Of a DNA stretch of 58,527 nucleotides, positions 32,863 through 43,947 are shown in pieces. Under the pieces are notes generated by a model, which was given only the letters and a program-made list of their open reading frames with translations, ran no database searches and had not been told where the DNA came from. Position 1 is the stretch's first letter. Each line of letters starts with the position of its first letter. The DNA is from Histomonas meleagridis 2922-C6/04-290x (Eukaryota > Protista > Parabasalia), in assembly GCA_020184695.1 (NCBI GenBank), contig JAANOX010000124.1:1-58527 (forward strand), read 5' to 3'. The position numbers were made by a program, and so were the translations under genes.

Positions 32863-34554
32863 ATGTATTATAATAATACGCAATCTATAAATGAACAAGA
32901 TGATCAAGGTAATGTGGGAGCTTATTTTGATCGTCTTAAAGATTTAATTGCTAAAAATGATGGTACTCGTTCTTTTATTTTAAGAACTGAAGATTGTCAT
33001 GATCAAAATGCTTATTTTAATCAATCTCAAGAAACTAGATTAAGAATTACTCATGGTGATCATATGGTTTCACAAATAACTGAAGGTTTTATTAATTTTA
33101 AAATTAGAATAACTGTACAATTATCAAAAGCTATTTCATCTAGTAATTTACAAGATCCTGAGAATTTAGCTAAAATATTTATAGGTTTTAAGAGTTCTAA
33201 TCAATTATTAGATCAATTACAAATTATGTCTAATAATATTTCTACTGGGTATCAACAAAATGAATGTTGTCGTGAAGGTTATTGTTATTCAACAATTAAA
33301 CCCTATGCTGAAAAGATAACTAGAAAATATACACATTCTTTATATGAAAATGTTTCAGAATATTATCAATCTGTTTGTGGTACTTATGTTGATTTAAATA
33401 CAATTGCAGATGGAAATAAACATGATATCGAATTTGAAATGAATCTTCCATTTGAAGATATATTAGCTTTACAAGCATTCGATTTATATCCAAATAGATT
33501 AGTCGGTGATATTGAATTAAAGTTTTATGTTAAACAAAATGGTTTAGTTTGGTGTCAAGTAGATCCACGTAAAATTAAAGAAGTTAAAGAATTTTTAGAA
33601 GATTCTTCTATTAATGCTACATTTAATAATATACCTTTATTTACTCATGGTTTTACTCAAATAGGTAATTCTGCTAATATTACTACTACATTTAAATGTG
33701 ATACTGAAACTAATCATACTATTGATACTGTATCTGAGAATGTTTCTTTATATTATACAGGTTTAACAGTAGTTTCATGTAAATCTAATATGTTTGGATT
33801 TGGAGTTAAAGAAGAAACTTTAAATAAAATAGCTCAAATACTTCAACAACCTGGAGGTTTATTAATTCCTTCACAACAATTAGATTATAATGCTTTTGCT
33901 TTAGCTGCTACTGAATCTGGTATTCAATCTACTATTAATATGCCTTTATTTAATGTTACAACTATTACAGTTGTATTTCCAAAACATGCTAATGATTATA
34001 CTTGTTTCGATAATCCTATTTATAATAATGTACAATTAACTATTGCAGGTCAAAATTATCCTGATGAACCTATTTCTACTTTAGGTGCAAGATTTTTACA
34101 ATATCAATTAGTTGCTTCTGATTTAGATGATAGTATACAATGTACTAAAGAATTTGAAGATTCTTTAACTATGGATAGAAATGCTTCAAATGGTACAAGA
34201 TATAATAATACATTAAGTGATGCTACTTCTTTTATGCTTAATATACAATGTGAACGCTCACGTGGTGGTTACGTATTTGATGGCTTAGATTCTAATGGAC
34301 AAAATATCCCGATACAAATTAAGGGGCAACCTATTTATACACTAGCTAATGATACTTATTATAATGTTGATGATACTGGAAATCATCCACCTCTTCCACA
34401 ATTATTCATTTGTCGTGATACTTATTTCACATTAGATTTACACAACGGATTGAAATATTATGCTAATGGAACATTAGATGGATATCAAATAAAAAGTAAT
34501 TATTTAAAAAAATCATCATATTATCATAAATTAAATAAACGTGAAATGATTTAA
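32863..34554 (+). CDS. Putative double-jelly-roll major capsid protein (V3), intact; stop read through by TAA>CAA
   Basis: 563-aa beta-strand-rich protein, the largest ORF of a module that also has an A32-like ATPase. From memory it resembles capsid proteins of metamonad Polinton-like elements. The V1/V2 copies end at GTPDGY*. Fold not verified. Confidence 0.75.
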   Translation: MYYNNTQSINEQDDQGNVGAYFDRLKDLIAKNDGTRSFILRTEDCHDQNAYFNQSQETRLRITHGDHMVSQITEGFINFKIRITVQLSKAISSSNLQDPENLAKIFIGFKSSNQLLDQLQIMSNNISTGYQQNECCREGYCYSTIKPYAEKITRKYTHSLYENVSEYYQSVCGTYVDLNTIADGNKHDIEFEMNLPFEDILALQAFDLYPNRLVGDIELKFYVKQNGLVWCQVDPRKIKEVKEFLEDSSINATFNNIPLFTHGFTQIGNSANITTTFKCDTETNHTIDTVSENVSLYYTGLTVVSCKSNMFGFGVKEETLNKIAQILQQPGGLLIPSQQLDYNAFALAATESGIQSTINMPLFNVTTITVVFPKHANDYTCFDNPIYNNVQLTIAGQNYPDEPISTLGARFLQYQLVASDLDDSIQCTKEFEDSLTMDRNASNGTRYNNTLSDATSFMLNIQCERSRGGYVFDGLDSNGQNIPIQIKGQPIYTLANDTYYNVDDTGNHPPLPQLFICRDTYFTLDLHNGLKYYANGTLDGYQIKSNYLKKSSYYHKLNKREMI

Positions 34555-34631
34555 AAAACATCATAATAGCTTTAATCAAAACATTATATTTGTATAGTTT
34601 ATAATGATGTACACTGAATTCATTTGTTCAA

Positions 34632-34832
34632 ATGGAAAGAGAGTACCCTGTCTCATTCATTCTCGACCACTATTTCCGCATGGAAGGTACATACGAAGTC
34701 CTTTACTTCGTATTGCTATGGGAAGATGGATCAATCACAGCCGAGCCAAAAGAATGTCTGAACAATTGTGATGATCTTCTAAACATTTATATTAAACAAA
34801 CTAATCAGACTCAACAAATGGGAACAGGTTGA
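34632..34832 (+). CDS. Stand-alone chromodomain-like protein, second type (66 aa)
   Basis: EYPVSFILDHYF...YFVLLWEDGSITAEPKECLNNCDDLLNIY; TCATT 12 nt upstream. Confidence 0.65.
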   Translation: MEREYPVSFILDHYFRMEGTYEVLYFVLLWEDGSITAEPKECLNNCDDLLNIYIKQTNQTQQMGTG

Positions 34833-35495
34833 TGCAATAATCCAATATCTACAATAAACAATTCCCAACAACAATATTTTTTTTATCACATTTTAGCAAA
34901 GATAAAGAACTGATATACCCATATTAATAGGTAAGCTCGTTTCTCAATGAAATCAAACTTTTTGGATACATCAGATGAGATTTTTCTAAGGTTTATAATT
35001 CTAATGAATTTTGTATAGTTTATCGACTGTACTTTCGAATATTTTTCGTTTAAATTATTTATCCGTTTATTGAATGGTTTATTGATCGGTATGTCATTAC
35101 TCCAAAAATCATCATACAGTGATGACGATCCGTAAACCATTAAATTCCACTTATGATCGCCAACGGCGACTTTATTCACAGCCTAAGGATACTCCAAAAT
35201 TGTACATTAATTTTTAATTTCACTGCAACCGAAAATTGGCTCTCAATTGGTTTCTATAGAAATATTTCAATTCAATTTCATAATGAATAATCTACGATTT
35301 TCGCTTTTGAACAAAAATAAAATTATGCAATAATGCTGAAACAGATATTATTAAGAGAAATTGTTTGCAAACAGCTGAAACAGCACAGTGTGCTTGACAG
35401 AAACATCCTCTTTCAAAATTGAAATAAAACATATAATTTGAATATTATCAAAAACCTCAAAACTATGACTGATATTTTCGATTATTTTTTTAGAA

Positions 35496-35813
35496 TTGGA
35501 AATTAACCCAATATCTAGCATCAAGGCATCAAATATTAACACTGAAATCAAAATGCGTGGTGTTATTGTTAGGATTAGCAACGTAACGAAGAATAAATTC
35601 AGATTACAAGAATATGATTCCAATTCAAATGATTTTCCGAAATGCATCCTCTGTTCGTATGACAAACTAGTTGATATAGAAATTAACATAGAAGACTATG
35701 TTGAAGTTGATGGAATTGTTAAATTCAATCAACAATTGAAGGAAATTTATGTTGAGGTGAAGAGTGTGAAAATTATTACTAAAGAAGAAGCAGTTGTCTC
35801 GAGAACAAATTAA
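35496..35813 (+). CDS. OB-fold-like protein
   Basis: IKMRGVIVRI...FRLQE...IEDYVEVDGIVKF...IYVEVKSVKII follows the OB-fold strand pattern. Confidence 0.55.
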   Translation: MEINPISSIKASNINTEIKMRGVIVRISNVTKNKFRLQEYDSNSNDFPKCILCSYDKLVDIEINIEDYVEVDGIVKFNQQLKEIYVEVKSVKIITKEEAVVSRTN

Positions 35814-37523
35814 TAGTATTTATTCTAAAAATAAAAAATTAAAATGTCATAATAAATATTTAGAAACTCAGGAATTAATTGATTATTTGGATTCAATTGA
35901 AGGACGAACATTTGCTCTTCAGAATGTAGATGATGAAAATATTATTCATAGAAAACCAGTTGCAACTTTCACTAAATATAAACTTCAAAACTTATCTTTA
36001 TATTCTGATTTTATCGCAATTGATCCAACATTTGCCAGTTTGACAACAAATTGGTCTATTATTTCTCTGACAGTTATTGGACCTGAGAGAGAAATTAGAA
36101 GTGCAGGTATAATTTTCACATATTCGTTAAAGGCCGAAATTTTTTATTGGATATTAAAATTAATATGCACTGAACTTCCAAGTGCAGGAATTTTACAAAC
36201 AATTTGTTCTGATGATGATGTTGGTCTTGATGGAGCATTTACTTTAATACAAAAGGGAGATGATAATGAGTTAAAAGAAAAGATCAATAAAATACAGCGT
36301 GTTATTTGTTTTTGGCATAAAATGTCCGACTTTATTCAATATTTAAATTCACAAAATCTCCCTGATGACCGAAAGTTATATTTAATAAATAAATTTCGAT
36401 ATATGGGAATGACTAGATTCAAATCTATTGCACTATCAATTTTTGAAGAATTAAAATCAATTTCTCAAATTTCTAAATATTTAGAAGATAATGTATCAAA
36501 AAAGTTGTATTCAATATGCAAAAGTCTCATTAATAGTTTTACTTGCGGCTATAATACTAGTTCAATTGCAGAGTCATCAAATCGTCAACTAAAAAACATA
36601 TTACCAGATAGAAAATTAAGTTTAAAAGAAGTTCGTTTATTCATTACTGAAAGTCATCAACAATCATTTAATGAAAGGAAGTATATCAAAGGGGTAAAAC
36701 CACATAAATTAAAAGAACCAAATTTAATTACAATTATGTCAAAATTAAATGTTTCTGAAGCAATTGCAGAAGCGATCACAGGATCATGGAAAAAGGCCAA
36801 AACATTAAAAGGAATGCTTTTTTGTGATGATTATATATTTGATGAAGAATACACATCAAAACATATAGAAAAATATTCTGAGATATTTAAGGTCCATGAT
36901 TTAATCTGTAATTGCAATAAACAATTACAAGTTGGTATCCCATGTTCACATATAATTAATGTTCTAGAAATGAATAATTTAAGCGTAATAGATAATATCA
37001 AAATAGCAAACAGATGGGTACTAAATCAGCGAAACTTTATTTATCATCATGAAGGTTCAAAATCTTTTGAAGAAATTACTTATAGAATCACACATTTAAG
37101 TCCTCAAGAAAGATTTGTTTTACTTCGGGCAAAGGGAACACCATTATATGAATTGGCAAGTAGAAGTCAGGATAAATTCGAAAAAGCTATGGCTTCTTTA
37201 GATTTTCTAGAAAAAGAACTAAATAATGAATCAATAGAACAGATTGCTACTGATGAAATAGGAATTAGAGCCGGAAAAGGTAAAATTCAAGAAATACGAA
37301 AAAAGTTAATCCGCGTCAATGTCTCATCTGTTCAAAGCCGCCTAATACAAAAAGATGCCACAGAAGAGGTGAAGTACTTAAATTTGTTCAAGAAGGTGGC
37401 ACAATCTTTGGATTAAAGCATTGTTCAATATGTAATCAAACTGGGCATAATTATAAAAAATGCAAAGCTAAAGAAGCATGGTTAGAAGCTATTCGAAAGG
37501 GTGAACTCCCTCCAATTGAATAA
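35794..37523 (+). CDS. MULE DDE transposase with SWIM and a C-terminal zinc knuckle (frameshift at ~37300)
   Basis: IAIDPTF, ICSDDD, CFWH, NTSSIAESSN, SWIM CNC..GIPCSH. The shifted frame gives CSICNQTGHNYKKC, ending at 37523. Confidence 0.88.
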
Positions 37524-38429
37524 ATTTGTTTTGCTTAATTTTATTTGTATTGTTTTTATTTTATATGAAAGTTTCGTTATTTTGTTAGCTTTACATAAAT
37601 ACGTTTATATCAGTACTGATACTATTTCAAAGAGTTGCTATATGTTTATGAGCACCGTGTGCTCTGGAAATGTACCCTATTATTAAATAGCAAGTTATCG
37701 ACATTGCATACATTATATATTGCATTAATTAAAATGAATTAAAAAAAAAAAAAAAAAAAACAATTATTATTATCAAAATAAATTACGATCAAAAAAAAAG
37801 ATAATGTGAAATATTTAATCGTCTCGGCATTACAACACAAATTTTATATCAATGTTACATTAAAATTCATTTTTGACTTAATTAATATTTTATAAATTGA
37901 TCAATAATATCAATTGCTTCGCATATAAATTTTTATGAATTGTCATGTTCTACATATTAATTATGTTTTATTAATTTAAAATGTTATAAAATTTAATCTT
38001 TACGACGATCAGAGCAATTAGAAAAAAAGAGGAAAAAATATACAATGTTATGTGGAGGTTGGATGGAAATAATTATAATCAATTGCTCATTGAAATAATA
38101 ATGTAAACATTGATTTGTATACTTTTTGAATCTAATTGATCATATGAGCTCCATTTCTGGAATTAGAATAAGTTTGAATTGTTATGGACAGAAAAAATTC
38201 GAAATTATTCGGTTTCGGTATAAAGTGATGAATATCTTTTATAAAAAAACACAAAATAGTACAATGAAAGGTTTTGATCGTCATACATTGAAAAAGCTTC
38301 GCTTTTTCAATGTATGACGATCAAAACCGCTCGTGCCTTTATCACTCGCAAAAATATATCACTAAACAACCAAACGATTATATTTTTTATAATAATTTGT
38401 AAGAGAATTTATTAACAGTCATCATTAAA

Positions 38430-39316
38430 AAAAAAATTAAGCCTTCCGGTTTATTCAATTTGATGGGTTGAATGGTTTTGTTTGACCATCAACAGACCAC
38501 ATTGTAGGAATTGTTGGGTTACAGTGGTTTCCTTAATTGTATCGCTGTACTCCAAAACCGTTCGCATTTGCCGTTTTGCTGGGGGTTCTTCACTCGTGTT
38601 ATAACGATTTTTATCCCATTGGTATTACAAAATTCTTTAAAATTTCCTTAAAATTCAGTACCATTATCGGTCCATATACAATATGGACGGTTACGATATT
38701 GAATTGCAATTTCGAGAACGGTTTTAATAACGTCAAAATCTTTTGTTGGAATCAATTCATGATGAACAACATACCTTGAATAGTCATCAATAAATGCTAT
38801 TAGATATTGACCATCAAAGTGGTGAAGATCGGTGTGCCATATTAAATCGGGGTTATCGGCTTCGTATCGGCACCGTTGTTTTTGAGGAACTTGGTTTGGT
38901 TTTGTATATTTCATAAGAGAATTACTCTTTAAGGTCTTATATACCATATTATGAGTAATCTTTTTGAATAATTGGTTATTGGGAGCTTTTGCAACGAGTT
39001 GTTCATAAATTTTGGTTGCTCCCATTCCCGATTCTTTTTGCACCGATAGTATCGTTCCTCTAAACTGCTCCAAGATAACGGTCTCTCTTCTTCCTCTTCG
39101 GAAATCGACTTTTAGCCCCAGTTTTTCAAAACCTCTTTTAATAGCTCCTGGGCTAACAATTTGTGTCCTTATGCGCGTGAACCCTGACCTGTCCTTTTGT
39201 ACTATTTTGGCATTTTTGGAGGCTTCCATTAATGTCGTAACTCCGTTTTCGATGTCAACGGCAGTTTGAATGAGCCAATCAGTATCAAATTTCATTGCTT
39301 TTCTTCCAGCTTTCAT
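38430..39316 (-). pseudogene. IS481/IS3-like rve DDE transposase with an in-frame TAA at 38648
   Basis: YEADNPDLIWHTD, IAFIDDYSR and WTDNGTEF*, continuing as NPQQNGKCERFW. Confidence 0.85.
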
Positions 39317-39709
39317 TTTTAAAAAGGATTGTATAATTTATTTATTTAATATTAATATTTAAATATTTTTGATTTATTAAAATTTTGATGTGAATTTTGA
39401 TTTATTATTATTTTTCAATACTTTATACCGAAATTGAATAATGGTAGACACATCAAATTTGTTGACACTTTTGTCATCGATAAAAATACCAAATAACTGC
39501 ATAATTTCCACTTTTTGAATACTTCACACGGAAATTGAATAATTTCGAATTTTTTACGTCTACAACAGAATAAGTTTCAGATCATCTTTATTCAAACCCC
39601 ATGTTCAGCATGTATTATCTATATCAAATGAAAGTCGTTCAAATTTTATATTTGCCGAATTATATTTGAATGATTTGAGCAAATGTTGGTACATAAAATG
39701 ATGAAAAGA

Positions 39710-39915
39710 AACACATATAGGTGAGAATTAGCACATATAAGTGAGGATAAGCAGATATAAAATAGAACAAGCACATATAAGTGAAAATAAATAAGAACAA
39801 ATGAGAGTTAGTACATATAAATGAGAATTAACATAAAACAATGAAATTAACAAATATAAGTTAGAACAAATATAGTTAGTGAAAATAAGCACATATAGAT
39901 GAGAATTAACGTGAA
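39710..39915. repeat. 20-bp-period minisatellite (gcacatataagtgagaatta-like)
   Basis: cacatata anchors at ~39712, 39732, 39772 and 39812. Confidence 0.7.
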
Positions 39916-40238
39916 ACAAGAAGAATCACAAAGCAGATAATGATATATTACAACATTCATTCCACATCATCTTTGCCAAATTTTATTTCTGTTCAAAAAA
40001 AAAAAAAAACGAAAATTGTAAATTATTCATAATGAAATTGAATTGAAATGTTTTTTCAGAAAACTAATTGAAAGCCAATTTTTGAATGCAAATTACACCT
40101 AATTCAAATTCTCCATTATGATTAAATGCGGCCTCCACTTTTTGAAAAGGTAGTATTCAAATTTCCCACGGTTGTGAGATAGTACCGTTTGATTATTTGG
40201 TTTAATCTTATTTTCTGTGATACTAGTAGGTGTAAATG

Positions 40239-40440
40239 GGTACTCTTTAAGATAAATGGGAGAATTTGAATACCTCGCTCTCAAAACGTGGAAATGTCTA
40301 TCAATTATGCATGATTTTTTGAATAGCATTGAAAAAATCTTTTTCGAAATGTTTTTATGAGGACATATTTATTCACAAATTTGATTTTTATGTTTTACAT
40401 CTCTTGACATGAAAATTTCTGATAATTTATAAAATATCAA
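40239..40440 (+). repeat. Orphan left TIR of the GGTACTC family
   Basis: Aligns with 46469.. and with the reverse complement of ..55999. Confidence 0.65.
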
Positions 40441-40497
40441 TGCTGAATTATCCAATATTGAGCTAATTCGTAAAATTCACTAATGCAATATAGAAAG

Positions 40498-42370
40498 CTA
40501 GAATGAGAAAGATGACAAATGTGGATTATACTGAATAATATTATCATAATATGTGACAGTTTCGAATATTGGATTAATTTCATGTACTTGAACATTTGGT
40601 TCGGTAACTAAAGTCGATTTTGTTGAGTTTTGATTAAGAATACTCTCATGGTTAAAACTTAATGTAGTTTCATAATTCATATTTCCATTATTGATAATTA
40701 AACGATCGGTAAGGATGTTGGTATTCCTCCAAAAGTTACTATTATTGATCAACGTTCAATTAATATAGATTTTTTGTTTAAGACAACTTACTGCAATATT
40801 GGAGATATAACTGATTTTTGGATCATTTAGATTAGGTCTAAAGGGCATTTGACAAGGTTTGTTTGGTCCTACAAAATATCTTAAATCGAGTAGACCTCGT
40901 TCGATTTTCCTGGGCTATAGGGGAATCCTTGGAGTATATTCATGTATAACTAAGATTCCTGACTCTATTGTGACTTGTCCTCTATATGAAATAAGACCTC
41001 GAATCATTAGCGTTAACGTTCACCTCAGTAATTTCTGAAGTAACGATATCCTCATTCGAGTGATTCGATATAGAGTCCGATTCATCGTATTCCGTGCTTT
41101 TTTGAGAATTAATAGTATTGTCAATACCAACATACACAATTGGGTGGTATTGGTATTTAATCTATCCCACATCAGTGTTTTCGTTAGCAGCGTTAGGGTT
41201 AATGTTTTCATTATTATTATTGTTATCGAACAATAAGTATTCAGACTATATTAATACTGCTAAAACAATCCTTTTAGCGTATTTCTTAAAGTTGTATTTA
41301 GAATTAGCCAGTGATTTTAATGAGTCTAACGATGTCTTTTGCCATGCTCCTAATGAGGAGATGACGATTACATGAAGTTTGACTTCTCTTCCTGTTTGGT
41401 TCTTTATTTCTTCACATAAGTTTTTATATTTATCTAATTAATCCTCATATCTGGTATCTAATTAATCTTCATATCTGGTATCTAAGTTATCTTAATTGTC
41501 TTCATTGACATCTCCATAAGGAACTGTCACTTCAATAATAACATACTCGTTGTTGTTATCGATATACCAAATGTCTGGTCTTAGACTTTTAATTTCACCT
41601 TGTATGGTGCTCCCCTAAATATTTTTAACAGTATTATCAAGGTTTATTATTGGTCTTTGACCTCTTTTGACTTTAATCATGTTAACTATTTCCCTAATCA
41701 CCGCGTCATGTATTTTCTTAAATTAATGAATAATGACTTTACAGTCATTAATTTTATGTCTAAGTTAGTCAGGTTGATTACATAACAGGCATAAACCTTG
41801 TATATTATTATTGGCTAATCTTTTATGTTGGTTAGTGAAGAAATTGTTAGTCCTAGCTTCAATAGTGAATTTAACTAAATTATTCTTTATTTTGCTAGAA
41901 TATTGATTTAAAAGATTGGAGATTTTATTGTTTTTGAGTGTTTTGAATGTATGACCTCTTAAAGTGAGTTTAATAAATTCATTGAAGTGGAATTCATTAT
42001 GGTAATCGTTGATAATTTTTAAGAAATCAGATTGATTAAAAACTGATTTTAATTTAATGTCTTCAATAGATAAAGTAATTTCTTCTAAGGAATTATTTGT
42101 ATTTGGAAATTGATAGTCCAAATCATCATCTGAATTTAAATCATAAAAAAAACAGTATTATCTCCATCATCTTCCAAGTCAATTTCTGCTTCATTAAATA
42201 ATTGCAATTTGAAGTCATTTCTTTCTAATATTTGAAGGACTCGGTCAAAAAGGTTTGAAGTTCCGAGTTTATTCCTTCTATTATCCGGATTTATAGCTTC
42301 AAATAATTTATTCCTTGGTTGATTTGCATCGATATTATTAAATCTATAACATTTTTCATCCCAACATAAA
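40498..42370 (-). pseudogene. 3' fragment of an RLE non-LTR element followed by a 5'-truncated ORF-B
   Basis: LRGHTFKTLK..EARTN..CLLCNQPD, RPDIW..IEVTVPYGD and VISSLGAW, then RGQVTIESGILVIHEY..ERGLLDLR. Confidence 0.8.
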
Positions 42371-42535
42371 GATTAGAAAATGTTTCTGATAAACATATTT
42401 TGAGAAAACCATAGATGTTCAAAAAAATACGTTATTTTGGCTTAACGGAAAAAGAGGGTACCCTTGAATTTTTTTAATTTTATAAAACTAAAATCATTTA
42501 AACTTGTTAAAAAAGTCATCAAACAGTATAATATT

Positions 42536-43183
42536 TTAGTTGTATTTTAGAATACAAACATAATGACATGCACTTCCTAATGCAATCATTACATGAAAGA
42601 TTGCATGGCAGTACTTTTTGGTTTTTCCAAGTGTAAAGAAGATTGTTGCAAGTGTGTACATTATTCCCCCGAAAAGGAGCCATCTTAGTCCATTTTTGCT
42701 CATTCGTTGTACAAGTGTTTTGGCATTGAAAGAAATAGACCATCCCATTGCAATATAAAACCAAATTGTATACTTGAAGATAGTATCAAAGAAGAAAATT
42801 TTTGTGATAATTCCTGTTAATGCAATGATCCATATAACAATTAACATTATATTACCGCTCCTTCCTTTCATAGTATTAAGTGAAATTGGAGTGTAGCTTC
42901 CCGCAATTAAGATATAAACTGAACAATGGTCAACATATCTCATGAATTTTTTAAACTTCAAATGAGTAAGACCATGATACAGGCAAGAAGATGAATACAG
43001 TATAATCATTGAAAGGGAAAAAATTATGTTTCCTATCAACTTACGATTGTTATGTGATTTCAAAGCAGATTTTATCAAAAAATAAGAGCCTACGAATGAC
43101 AGGAAAGCCGGGATTCCATGTGTTATACTGTTTATAACCTCTTCGCCTTCATGCCATACAGGCAGCGATTTCATCGATGACAT
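42536..43183 (-). CDS. Hemolysin-III / PAQR family membrane protein
   Basis: EEVINSITHG, DHCSVYILIAGSYTP, HAIFHVMI..GSACHY; about 7 hydrophobic segments. Confidence 0.92.
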   Translation of the reverse strand: MSSMKSLPVWHEGEEVINSITHGIPAFLSFVGSYFLIKSALKSHNNRKLIGNIIFSLSMIILYSSSCLYHGLTHLKFKKFMRYVDHCSVYILIAGSYTPISLNTMKGRSGNIMLIVIWIIALTGIITKIFFFDTIFKYTIWFYIAMGWSISFNAKTLVQRMSKNGLRWLLFGGIMYTLATIFFTLGKTKKYCHAIFHVMIALGSACHYVCILKYN

Positions 43184-43947
43184 TAGAAAGAATTACTTGA
43201 GAACAAGAATAAATTCAATAACTATACCGTTTAAACGTATTTTCAATGCATTCAATATTCCCTATCGTCGACCATTATTGGTGGGAGAAGCGTAAGCGAA
43301 AAATTTCATTGTGAAATTTTTATACAACTCAAAAATATTAATAAACATTGAGAGTAAACCATACACCACATGTTTTATATGAATTAATTGGTCTATTTTT
43401 TGGATATTTTTATTTTTTAATTTCAAATAAATAAACTCGAGTAAGTAACGTTACTTATGCACAAAAAGTCGAAAACCGCAAAATTGTGAAGCATGCTTCA
43501 GTCTCAACCTTTTCTCTGATAATGATTTAGGTCATTAATGGTTCGTTTTGTCACAAATTGGAAGAGTGTTGAAAACAATCAAGAAATGATAAGTTGATGA
43601 TTTCAATTTTTTATAAATAATAAATAAAATTAAATAAGAAGCGAGTGTCAATTTTATAATCTCGAAGCTATGATTATTATTTCTCAAACGAGACATGTTG
43701 ATGAAAGTAGGATGTATCGTCTTTGTTCGACCAATTATTTTCATTTTTTATATAGTTTACATCCCAAATTGAGTAATTTCCAACCTGACAGGTTTACAAC
43801 AATGGAATTCTTAACATATTTCAAAGGGATCTATCGCTCTTTCCACCAACAAATCCCGGTTTGGCCACTCAAATTTGAAAAGACTTAAAACGATGATTCC
43901 AACTTTTCACTTTTTAATAATATATCAATTACTTTCGAGAGAAGCCA

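Larger units (their letters stand above)
30720..34832 (+). mobile_element. Endogenous virus-like element copy V3
   Basis: Collinear with V2 from tatataatgcg to the MCP end (~34510), then a different chromodomain ORF. Confidence 0.82.
35186..40186 (+). mobile_element. Mutator-like element (MULE) with long imperfect TIRs and a nested IS481-like insert
   Basis: 35232..35335 matches the reverse complement of 39968..40084 (aaaattggct.tcaatt...atttcaattcaatttcat.atgaataat...ttttgaaca.aaataaaatt). Ends are ggatactc / atagtacc. No TSD found. Confidence 0.75.

Noticed and set aside
42380-42460. Sixth member of the GGTACTC TIR family
   Set aside because: Only patchy similarity (gggtaccc, atattttga, ttcaaaaaa); not listed as a feature.
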